From an uncultured Lachnospiraceae bacterium (GTDB taxonomy: Bacteria; Bacillota; Clostridia; Lachnospirales; Lachnospiraceae): DNA of 64,000 bases. The stretch spans positions 24,520-88,519 of the forward strand of contig CAMEDC010000004.1 of the NCBI GenBank assembly GCA_945913255.1, read 5' to 3'. Below are positions 1 through 8,563 of the stretch, in pieces. The position numbers and the translations under genes were made by a program. Below the pieces are notes generated by a model, which saw only the letters and a program-made list of their open reading frames with translations, searched no databases and was not told the DNA's origin. Every line of letters begins with the position of its first letter. Positions within the stretch are counted from its first letter, which is position 1.

Positions 1-12
1 TAGGATTTTTGT

Positions 13-1425
13 TTATTGATTTTCGGAAGTCAGCTTATTGATATATTCCTGCGCATTCCTCGCTCTGCTGCTGTCAGGAAATAATTCAATCACTTTATTG
101 TAAGTCGCAATGGCGTTCTCATTGTCACCGCTCCTGCGGTATGCCTGTCCCAGATAATACAGGGCATCCTCCGAAGAAGAATCATAATAAACCGCCTTGT
201 TGAACCCTTCGATTGCAGCCGCAAAATCCTCCTGGGTATAAGCCTGCTGAGCTTCCGTATAATAGGTCTGCGCCAGTTCCGGACCTATCGTAGAAAGCAA
301 AGTCTGGTACAATCTCCGGAAACTCTCAGAAGTCTCATCTATATTCACAGACTGCGCGATTGACTCCAGATCTGCTGCAGTTGCTTGAATGTCCTGATTC
401 TCAAGATAGACAGATGCTGCGGTCAGCAGACTGTCAAACGCCTGCAGTGTGCCGTCGGCTCCGACGAAGCCTTCCACTTCCTGCTGCAGCTTTGTAATTT
501 CCGCATTCAGTTTTTCCGTCTCCGTTTCCAGTTCCTGAATCCGGGCGGTTTTTACATCCGACTCATTGCTGATTGTCGTAATTGTCTTCTGTGCCTCATT
601 CTTTGCGTTGGACTGTGCTGCCGGAACCATCAGGAAATAGGTTGCCGCAAGACCGATAACCAGACCGATTCCGATATTCACCAGAGTGGATACTCCGCCT
701 CCCTTGGGTTCCTTTACATTCAGAGGCTGAATAATAATCTCGTTATCACTCTGATAACGAACTGCCTCATCCTTTTTCCGCTTCGGCAGCTGTTTCGCAG
801 ACTCATCGGGAACCAGCATCAGTTCCACTTCCTTCAGATAACGGAGCGTCTGTGTATTATTCCGGTCAATGTCCATGCACTTTCGAAGTTCTCTCTCTGC
901 GCGCTCCCATTCCTCACTGTCCATATAGAGCAATGCCAGCAACTGATGTGCGCGGATAAATCTTGGGTTCAACGAAAGCACTTTTTTTAGCTGTATGACT
1001 GCCAGGTCTTTGCTGTCCTGCATGCAGTAAACAAGTGCCTGATTATATTTTTTAATCGTCTGATTGATGGAATCCAGTCGGGCGGAGTTGGATTGCAGCC
1101 TGCTGATATAGTCATCCGCAATATTTTTTTCAGGCCGCAGATTTTTACTGATAACCCACTCACTGAGCGCCGCAACTACCTCTCCCATTTCAAAATAAAC
1201 AAGCCCCAGCAGATTTCTGGCTTCAATATGATTCTTATTAAATTTCAAACTCTGGCGCAGGCTGGTGACAGCCCCCGTCAAATCTCGTACACTTGCCTTT
1301 TCCAGTCCCTCATTATAGTACATGTTGGAGACATACATGATTTTCTTGTATAGGGAAACATCCGCTCCGCAGGCGGTGCAAAAATCATGTTCTGACAATT
1401 GACATCCACAATTATAGCAAAACAT
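13..1425 (-). CDS. Zinc-ribbon / TPR-repeat membrane protein
   Basis: 470-aa ORF. N-terminal CxxC...CxxC zinc ribbon (MFCYNCGC...CTACG). TPR-like repeats lie on both sides of one hydrophobic helix (VNIGIGLVIGLAATYFLMV) and a coiled-coil stretch. GAGGTG RBS 6 nt upstream of the ATG. Confidence 0.8.
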   Translation of the reverse strand: MFCYNCGCQLSEHDFCTACGADVSLYKKIMYVSNMYYNEGLEKASVRDLTGAVTSLRQSLKFNKNHIEARNLLGLVYFEMGEVVAALSEWVISKNLRPEKNIADDYISRLQSNSARLDSINQTIKKYNQALVYCMQDSKDLAVIQLKKVLSLNPRFIRAHQLLALLYMDSEEWERAERELRKCMDIDRNNTQTLRYLKEVELMLVPDESAKQLPKRKKDEAVRYQSDNEIIIQPLNVKEPKGGGVSTLVNIGIGLVIGLAATYFLMVPAAQSNAKNEAQKTITTISNESDVKTARIQELETETEKLNAEITKLQQEVEGFVGADGTLQAFDSLLTAASVYLENQDIQATAADLESIAQSVNIDETSESFRRLYQTLLSTIGPELAQTYYTEAQQAYTQEDFAAAIEGFNKAVYYDSSSEDALYYLGQAYRRSGDNENAIATYNKVIELFPDSSRARNAQEYINKLTSENQ

Positions 1426-1566
1426 TACTGCACCTCTTCAGATTTCTGTTCCGATTCTTTAATCATTTTTACAAGTAAATCCGCCATATCCGTCAAATCC
1501 TGATTATAGATGGCATCCTCTGCATCCTCCACCTCAAGGCTGGGATGAAATTTTTTCAATTCTTCC

Positions 1567-2964
1567 TCAAAGTTTATCATGTTCCAAAAGCTCCTTTATC
1601 TCACCTACCAGATAAAGGCTTCCCGCCGCATAAATGCGTTCGCCCTCTTTCCGGCTGTGCAGCAATCCTTGAAAAGCTGCAGTCACGTTATCGTACAATT
1701 CATATTGACAGTGTGGAAATTTTGCAAAAAGCTGTTCCAGTCTGGAAAGAGCTACTGCTCTCCCTGTCTGCATATGTGCAATGGCAAACCTGTCAAACAG
1801 ACCGGAACCGACAAGTTCCTCTGCCATCTGCTCATAGTCCTTATCCTTTACCACACTGAACAGGAGGCTCCTTGCCCCCTCATGACCATCCTTCTGAACC
1901 GTCTCAAGGAAAGCCCTGATGCCGTCTTCGTTATGGGCACCGTCCACATAGACCTCAGGAAGTACTTCCTCCATTCTTCCTGCCCAAAAGCATGTTTCCA
2001 CACCCTGTTTTATCTGGGCTTCGGTAATCCTCTTCTCTTTGTCCAGTACCTGAATGGCACGCACCGCAAGCGCTGCATTTTCCATCTGATACGCTGCTAT
2101 GGTGTGCAGAGTAAGAGGAATAAGGTCGCCACTTCCATAATACCCAGTGTACAGGGAAAAATCAATGCTTTTATTCTTAAAATTTGAGAATTGATAGTCG
2201 TTTTTCGACACAGGATATGCCGTAATTCCAAGTTCTGCGGCTTTGGTTTCAAACACTTCGGATGTCTCCTTGCAGGTATCCCAATAGACCACCGGTGCAC
2301 CTGAATGCATGATGCCCGCCTTTTCTCCTGCAATCTTTTCCACCGTATCCCCGAGATATTCCACATGATCCAAACTGATATGGGTAATCACAGCAAGTTC
2401 TTTTCCGGCCACGGAGTTGGTTGCATCCAGACGCCCTCCCAGCCCTGTCTCCAGGATACAGAAATCAGGGGCTTTCTCTGAAAACAACACCATGGCAATG
2501 AAGAAAAGATACTCAAAATAGGTGGGATGATATGCGGGATGTTCTGCCTCCGGTACCTTCCTGACCAGCTCTTTTGACTCTTTATTTTGCTCCGGTATAT
2601 TCTGATTCGGCTCCGGTGTCTCCCAGTCCAGCATATTATAAATATACAAAAAAGCCCTCAGAAAGTCTTCTTTGGAAATCATCTCTCCGTCCACGACAAA
2701 GCGCTCCCGGATATCCACCAGGTGGGGGGAGGTAAATAATGCCACATGATAGCCTGCTGCTCTCAAAATACTGCACATATAGGCGCATACAGACCCTTTT
2801 CCGTTTGTCCCCGCCACATGAATAATCTTCATTTTCCTGTCAGGATCGCCCAGACGGTGCAGAAATGCCTTTGTGTCCTCCATAGTATTTTTGGTTGTAA
2901 AGCGGGGGGTATCGTTTATATACCGCTCCGCCTCCTCAAACGTGTCTATCTGTTGCTTTCTCAA
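1567..2964 (-). CDS. folC: Folylpolyglutamate synthase / dihydrofolate synthase
   Basis: 465 aa. Mur-ligase-type P-loop HVAGTNGKGS. N-terminal region aligns by eye with Bacillus FolC. TTG start preceded by AGAGG. Confidence 0.9.
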   Translation of the reverse strand: MRKQQIDTFEEAERYINDTPRFTTKNTMEDTKAFLHRLGDPDRKMKIIHVAGTNGKGSVCAYMCSILRAAGYHVALFTSPHLVDIRERFVVDGEMISKEDFLRAFLYIYNMLDWETPEPNQNIPEQNKESKELVRKVPEAEHPAYHPTYFEYLFFIAMVLFSEKAPDFCILETGLGGRLDATNSVAGKELAVITHISLDHVEYLGDTVEKIAGEKAGIMHSGAPVVYWDTCKETSEVFETKAAELGITAYPVSKNDYQFSNFKNKSIDFSLYTGYYGSGDLIPLTLHTIAAYQMENAALAVRAIQVLDKEKRITEAQIKQGVETCFWAGRMEEVLPEVYVDGAHNEDGIRAFLETVQKDGHEGARSLLFSVVKDKDYEQMAEELVGSGLFDRFAIAHMQTGRAVALSRLEQLFAKFPHCQYELYDNVTAAFQGLLHSRKEGERIYAAGSLYLVGEIKELLEHDKL

Positions 2965-3029
2965 GCCAATCGCCTCTGTTTCTTTCTTCTCAATATTGTT
3001 TCTGTCTTGTTTTTTTCATATTACTCACA

Positions 3030-3135
3030 TTGTATCTTGTACATTTCGTTTTGTTCATCGTGCTCATTTCATTTTGTTCATTTCGTTTTGTTCATATTGC
3101 TCATTTCATATTGTTCATTCCATTTTGTTCATTGT
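3030..3135 (-). repeat. Degenerate tandem repeat (ATGAACAAAAYGAA-type units) in the folC upstream region
   Basis: The minus strand reads ATGAACAAAATGGA ATGAACAATATGAA ATGAGCAAT ATGAACAAAACGAA ATGAACAAAATGAA ATGAGCACG ATGAACAAAACGAA ATGTACAAG. There is also a higher-order period of about 37 nt. Confidence 0.7.
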
Positions 3136-3502
3136 GTCTAGATTTATTTAGATTCTTCTGCATCTTGTCTGGGATGCTTAATTACCATAACCATAATAGT
3201 CGAAACCGCCGCGTGCGTCAACCGAATTCAAGGATAGGAACTGGAGCAAAAATTGAGGATGGTAATATGACTGGAAATAGAATTCACTGCATAAATTGAA
3301 GGTTAGACGTAAATTGAAGTATTTGTGCATATTGAAGTTTAGAGAGGTGTCAGTTCGGGAAGCACCCCCAAGTTAGTAGAGAATCAAAAAATGTAGGTAA
3401 AAATTTCCGACGAAATTTCGCTGTTAATCACTGATCTTGTTGTTGAACTGGAAGACGGTTCCCTGGCTATCATTCTTAAGCTGACAAAGGCTCTGTCTGT
3501 TC

Positions 3503-3555
3503 AAAAAGCGGATTGTCTTTTGCAAAAAAACACTTTGCAGGACAATCCGCTTTTC
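3503..3555 (-). terminator. Rho-independent terminator after the LysM surface-protein gene
   Basis: Inverted repeat AAAAGCGGATTGTC ... GACAATCCGCTTTT. On the minus strand the stem is followed by TTTTTG. Confidence 0.7.
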
Positions 3556-3586
3556 TTATAAACATTCGATAAAATGTCAAATCAAA

Positions 3587-6544
3587 TTACTTAACTCTTA
3601 TCTTCTGTCCGGGATAAATATATTTCTGCTTTACAATCTCCGGATTCAGGGCACCCAGCCGCTCCAGTGTCAATCCATTCTTCCGTGCGATTCTGTACAG
3701 GAAATCTCCTTTTTGTACCGTATAATAGGATGCACTCGTATTAGAAGTTACTGTATTCTGGGCTGTTGTATTCTGGGAAGTGACTGTCTTGGTTATATAG
3801 CCAACAACTATCTTCTGGCCCGGATAAATCAGATTGGGATTCTTAATCTGAGGGTTCAAAGCCAGTAGTGCTGACAGTGTCAGATTGTTCTTACGCGCAA
3901 TTCTTCCCAGTGTGTCTCCCTTTACAACAATATATTCAACCGGTACTGTTACCTTTTCTTCTTTGCCAGAAGTCTCTGCAGAACTATCGTTATCTGAAGA
4001 ACTACCGGAATTGCTCTCGTTGCTAACTGTTTCACCACCTGTGTTTCCACCGCCTTCAGATACAGCCTTTTCCGCAAAAGCAAAATTGGAGAAATGAGTT
4101 ACGGTAAAGGTTACATGGCTTCCCGCACGATAATAAGGTACTGTTTCATCACTGGTTCCGTCGCCATCCTTATCATGGAGAATCACCAGTCTGGAAGCAT
4201 CGATTCCCGTAGGAACAGGCATGGTAATCGTCACAGGCATACGTAATGCTCCCGCTACTGCTGTCGCATTCGAGAGACCTGAAGCCGTCTTCATCAGGCT
4301 GATATCCAGCTGAACCGACTTGCTGTAGGACTTTCCAACCGTTATACCGCTTCCTGCCTTATCACCAATCACCAGTTGTACGCTGCTGTGATCGTCTACA
4401 TTGAATGCTGCGCCTGTCACTTTCACCGTACCGCTTATGCTTCCTGAAACAGCTGATGCAATTGTCGGATTATTAACTGTAATAGTTTTTTCCGATGCAT
4501 AATCGTTTTCCAAAGCGGAAAGCTTATCCAACAATGTAGTACTTACCGTACCGTCGGAAGTCTGCACTACGCCCGCAATACCTGGCGCACCATAGGTACT
4601 TACCAATGCATTTACTGTGTCCGTTGCACTGCTGGCAGCACCATCGCTCCAATTACTATTAATTGTTCCGAGGACATCTGCTGCCGTTACTACGGTGCCG
4701 ACTGCGTAGTCTGAAAACTTATCGGATTCAAAAGTTAAGGTACCTGCTGCCTTATCATAAGTTGCAGGAATTCTTTCATATATCCCATTATGCTCACGCA
4801 CTACCACATACTCTTTTGTTTCATCCAAATCAGTGCCGACCGTAAGCGTTACCTTTATTTTCTGAGGCAGTTCATCCTTAGAAGTTTCCCAGTAGTTGTC
4901 ACTGGATCCCTGTTTTACAATCTGCTTCAAGTCTACTTCCAGCCACTGGGATACCTGCAATCCCGAAGCAGCATCACTTGACTGCAGACTGCTCTTTTTG
5001 CTTTCATCGGTGAAATCCTTTACCGTCAGTTCCAGATTACCGGAATCAATAACGTTCTCTCCGCCTGTAATCGCCGCACCGGAAACACCGGCAGCGGAAA
5101 TTACCATCTTATCCTCCGTATAAGTAAATAGCGCACTCAGGTGCAGATTTGTAGACGGCATGGTAAAGGTAAACGTACTCACATTATTCACATCCGGCGC
5201 TAAGGTGGTATCATTTAATTTTCCCGCTGTAAACTGATACTTGTAGTCCGGTACAATCTTTACCGTCACCGTACTGCCCGGGATAATGGCTACACGACCG
5301 CCTCTGTCATCCTGCTGGTTGTTATTTGCACCGGGTAAATCCGTCGGTTCAATTCCCGACCAGTCTTCCGTTTTACCGGCAGCGACCGCATTTACTATTT
5401 CAACCTTTCCGTGCTCCACAAAAGCATCGTCACCCTGACTGTTATCATACGCCCAGATAACCGTACAGACCTTCTTATCTATCTGAATATGATATTGTCC
5501 CTTTCCTGTTACAGAATAAGGAGTATCACTCTTCATTACAGATGCACCCGGTATGTCGGGTGATTGAAGATTCCATGCCCCGGTGCTGTCCGTTACCTTG
5601 ATTTGAGCACTTGCTACACTGGGATCCAGACTAACCGAAGCAGAAGTAACTGTAGTCCAGCTGTTTCCTCCATCTGTAGAATATTCCACTGCTCCCGCCT
5701 TGATTGCATCGCCAGCACGATCTCCTTCCACTCTAAAGGAAATAGCATCCGCGGGCACAGAATCGTCGCCGTTTCCACCAGAAACAGCAACAAATTCCAC
5801 CTGCACCTGATATTCCTTAGAAGTATCCGAAACCGGAATTGTGTTTCCGTCTGTTCCGGTTGCAGCATCCTTACTCGCCTCAGATACCTGTTTGCCATCC
5901 AGATTCACACCGTAATTACCCACCTGAGAGTTTGCACCCGGTATTACTTTGATATTTACTTTTGTCGTACCCTCGGGGAATGCAATATTGCTGGTTGTAC
6001 TTGTTGATACTGTACCAGCACCCAGAGATCCGCCGCTTGCATTCAAAAAAGTATAGGTTACATCTCCGGTTGCAGAATCCCCATTACTAATATCCAGCCT
6101 TAATCCTCCATTGCTCGGAGACGGATTGGTTTGGGTTCCGCCGTTATTGTTTACGAACTTAACATTCAGTGTATAGGATACTCCGTTATCTAGAGTAAAA
6201 GTTCCACCAGCCTCACCGGTAATTCCGCCAAAATCGGTTTCCTCCGCAAATCCTCCACCGGATGAGGTCTCCGCTCTTGCGCCTTCGCCTGCTGTTGCTT
6301 TAACTGTAATATTCGACGCATCCTTAATATCGATGGCATCACCCGATGACACAGATGTCCATCCGCTGGCGGAACCTAACTTGTACGACACACCGTTACC
6401 TGTAACACCGGATTCATCGGTAACGTTGACCGTAAATGTTGTTCCGTCGCCTTGCGCTTCTGCCTTCAGATAATTGTTTCCGACTACCGAAGAAACAATC
6501 AGGACAAAGCAGAGCAGCCATGCAATTTTTTTCAAAGTTTTCAT
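3587..6544 (-). CDS. Secreted cell-wall-binding surface protein with two C-terminal LysM domains
   Basis: The ORF runs to 6610, but GGAGGA sits 7 nt upstream of the ATG at 6544 (MKTLKKIAWLLCFVLIVSS...AEA, a signal peptide). Two LysM repeats at the C-terminus (YIVVKGDTLGRIARKNNLTLSALLALNP..., YYTVQKGDFLYRIARKNGLTLERLGALNP...). The remainder is Ig-like/beta-rich. Confidence 0.85.
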   Translation of the reverse strand: MKTLKKIAWLLCFVLIVSSVVGNNYLKAEAQGDGTTFTVNVTDESGVTGNGVSYKLGSASGWTSVSSGDAIDIKDASNITVKATAGEGARAETSSGGGFAEETDFGGITGEAGGTFTLDNGVSYTLNVKFVNNNGGTQTNPSPSNGGLRLDISNGDSATGDVTYTFLNASGGSLGAGTVSTSTTSNIAFPEGTTKVNIKVIPGANSQVGNYGVNLDGKQVSEASKDAATGTDGNTIPVSDTSKEYQVQVEFVAVSGGNGDDSVPADAISFRVEGDRAGDAIKAGAVEYSTDGGNSWTTVTSASVSLDPSVASAQIKVTDSTGAWNLQSPDIPGASVMKSDTPYSVTGKGQYHIQIDKKVCTVIWAYDNSQGDDAFVEHGKVEIVNAVAAGKTEDWSGIEPTDLPGANNNQQDDRGGRVAIIPGSTVTVKIVPDYKYQFTAGKLNDTTLAPDVNNVSTFTFTMPSTNLHLSALFTYTEDKMVISAAGVSGAAITGGENVIDSGNLELTVKDFTDESKKSSLQSSDAASGLQVSQWLEVDLKQIVKQGSSDNYWETSKDELPQKIKVTLTVGTDLDETKEYVVVREHNGIYERIPATYDKAAGTLTFESDKFSDYAVGTVVTAADVLGTINSNWSDGAASSATDTVNALVSTYGAPGIAGVVQTSDGTVSTTLLDKLSALENDYASEKTITVNNPTIASAVSGSISGTVKVTGAAFNVDDHSSVQLVIGDKAGSGITVGKSYSKSVQLDISLMKTASGLSNATAVAGALRMPVTITMPVPTGIDASRLVILHDKDGDGTSDETVPYYRAGSHVTFTVTHFSNFAFAEKAVSEGGGNTGGETVSNESNSGSSSDNDSSAETSGKEEKVTVPVEYIVVKGDTLGRIARKNNLTLSALLALNPQIKNPNLIYPGQKIVVGYITKTVTSQNTTAQNTVTSNTSASYYTVQKGDFLYRIARKNGLTLERLGALNPEIVKQKYIYPGQKIRVK

Positions 6545-6594
6545 GTTGCTTCCTCCTCGCTTTATTTTGGTATTTCTATATTCATGCATTCCGG

Positions 6595-7596
6595 CTAATT
6601 CTTTACCCATCCTGCATAAAGCGTAACTTGTTTCATGGTACTCCAGTCAAATTCGTCACCCTTTTTCTCATAAAACTCCGTACCATGCAGTCTCGTTTCA
6701 AGGCTTCCGCCGTCCGGCTCGGTGTACCAGCCGGTAAAGGTATACCCATCCCGCACCGGGACAGGATATGCACATAAGTAAACATAACAGCCCGAACCCA
6801 TGGGCCCTGCCGCATCATACGTCACGGTCTCTTCCCCTTCAATACTGCCGCCGTTTGCATCCAGGGTCAGAAGATACGGCCATTCACTGACGCCGTCACG
6901 ACGCCATGCCGCATGCACTTCAATATAGCGGCTCCCGTTTTCCGGTTTGATAAAGCAGACATTGCCTGCATTTAAACTTTCCCCGACCATCCCCATACTC
7001 GGAGCAGATTTACTGGTTTTATCATAGTAAACAACCCAACCCAGAAACAAATATCCATCTGCCGGTTCGTATTCCGGCAAAGTGAATTCTATCCCTTGCG
7101 CCAGTTGAGATTCGAAGACAAAGCCTTCCTCCAGAATCCGTTCAAAAAACTCATTATCGGTTCCGTAGGTATCGTTATACACCACATAGTAAGAGGTCCC
7201 GTCCTCAACCGGGTAAATCGGCAGTGATTCGTAGCTGCTGTTTTCCGACGCATCAGCCAAATTGCTTTCCGAAGAGGCCGATACCTCCGCTTCCGCGTCT
7301 TTTACTCCCTGACCATCCGCAGGTTTTGGTTCTTTTATTGCTTCCGGTTCTCCAGCCGGAGAAGTATCATCCTTTTCCCACAGAACTGTTTCCGCAGATA
7401 CAGGTATGCGGAAGTCATATGCCCCGGCAGCCACATAGGCTGCAACGGTAAACACCGCCGCCAAGTATAACATCTTTTTCCGGGATGCCTTATCCTTCCT
7501 TTTTCCACTATCTGCATCCTTACCACCGCCCTGCAGGTACTCATCGGGAAGTGCCTCAAATTCCTGTCCTGTATTGTATTCCATATCCTTTTTCAT
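6595..7596 (-). CDS. Membrane-anchored protein with Listeria-Bacteroides-type repeats
   Basis: 333 aa. One TM helix (MLYLAAVFTVAAYVAAGAY), an acidic linker, then two repeats carrying the GY(L/T)F(L/T)GW signature (DGYLFLGWVVYYD, DGYTFTGWYTEPDGG). Confidence 0.8.
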   Translation of the reverse strand: MKKDMEYNTGQEFEALPDEYLQGGGKDADSGKRKDKASRKKMLYLAAVFTVAAYVAAGAYDFRIPVSAETVLWEKDDTSPAGEPEAIKEPKPADGQGVKDAEAEVSASSESNLADASENSSYESLPIYPVEDGTSYYVVYNDTYGTDNEFFERILEEGFVFESQLAQGIEFTLPEYEPADGYLFLGWVVYYDKTSKSAPSMGMVGESLNAGNVCFIKPENGSRYIEVHAAWRRDGVSEWPYLLTLDANGGSIEGEETVTYDAAGPMGSGCYVYLCAYPVPVRDGYTFTGWYTEPDGGSLETRLHGTEFYEKKGDEFDWSTMKQVTLYAGWVKN

Positions 7597-7607
7597 AGGC
7601 AGAATAC

Positions 7608-8504
7608 CTACTTATTATGTACATCGAGCTGCGGGAACGGGCATTCCACGCCAAGCTTTCTGAATCCCAACAGCAAGTCACGGTTAAGCGTTCTGGCTGC
7701 CGAGAAAATATTCTTCTCCGAGACCTCTACCACGAAACGCAGCAGGATACCGGAAGCCTCCAAAGCCTGTACTCCGAGGTATTTCGGCGCATTCTGCATC
7801 ACATCCGTATGCGCCTGATAGATTTCTTCCAATAGTTTCGGAAGCGCCTCCTCCAGCCTTTCGATATCTGTCTCATAGGGAATGGAAATATCACTCACTG
7901 CCCTGGACAGATTGTCGGAGCGGTTTAATATATTTTTCATTTCAGAATTATTAATGATTTTGACATTGTCTCCTGTATCTGTAATGCAGGTGGTTCTGAT
8001 ACCGATTGAAGTAACCGTTCCCCGGAAACCGTTTACTTCCACGATATCTCCCACATTATATTGATTTTCCAACAGCATAAAAGTTCCCGTCACCACATCT
8101 GCAATCAGGCTCTCCGCACTGAATCCTACAATCAACGCCAAAATGCCGACACTGGCAACAATTGTTCCGATATTCACCCCGAGAATGGTAAGTCCCCAGC
8201 ACAAAATCACGATAAAAGCCACATATTTTGCCAGACTGGATGCCAGGGACAAGACGGAACGCGCCCTGTGGCTCTTGGGCTTTCTCGCGTTCATCACAAA
8301 CACGACCGCATTCTCCACCAGAAGCACTCCGCTTACCATCACCACCAGCTTTACAAACGATGCACCGTTGATGGAAAACTGAGCTGCCACATCTTCCATA
8401 TGAAACAGTCCGGTGGCAAATCCCAGTATGACAGCCACCACAAGCACTACCCCATATATCACTATTTTTTTCATGCCTTTTTTCTCTTCCGTGCTCTTCT
8501 CCAT
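7608..8504 (-). CDS. Small-conductance mechanosensitive channel (MscS family)
   Basis: 298 aa. N-terminal TM helices followed by the MscS beta-domain signature (YNVGDIVEVNGFRGTVTSIGIRTTCITDTGDNVKIINNSEM). Confidence 0.9.
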   Translation of the reverse strand: MEKSTEEKKGMKKIVIYGVVLVVAVILGFATGLFHMEDVAAQFSINGASFVKLVVMVSGVLLVENAVVFVMNARKPKSHRARSVLSLASSLAKYVAFIVILCWGLTILGVNIGTIVASVGILALIVGFSAESLIADVVTGTFMLLENQYNVGDIVEVNGFRGTVTSIGIRTTCITDTGDNVKIINNSEMKNILNRSDNLSRAVSDISIPYETDIERLEEALPKLLEEIYQAHTDVMQNAPKYLGVQALEASGILLRFVVEVSEKNIFSAARTLNRDLLLGFRKLGVECPFPQLDVHNK

Positions 8505-8563
8505 TCCTTCATTCTCCTCCCTGTTGTACCCTTATTTTTTGGTACCTGTACCTCCGCAGGCTT

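Noticed and set aside
3030-3350. CRISPR array or minisatellite mobile element as the explanation for the repeats upstream of folC.
   Set aside because: The units are only 9-14 nt (37-nt super-period), degenerate and contiguous, with no unique spacers. There are no cas genes or terminal inverted repeats.
2965-3586. THF (folate) riboswitch upstream of folC.
   Set aside because: I looked for the conserved THF-riboswitch elements on the minus strand and found no convincing match. A GGGATG...CGAAACCGCCGCG stretch occurs only on the plus strand, which is the wrong orientation for folC. A covariance-model scan would settle it.
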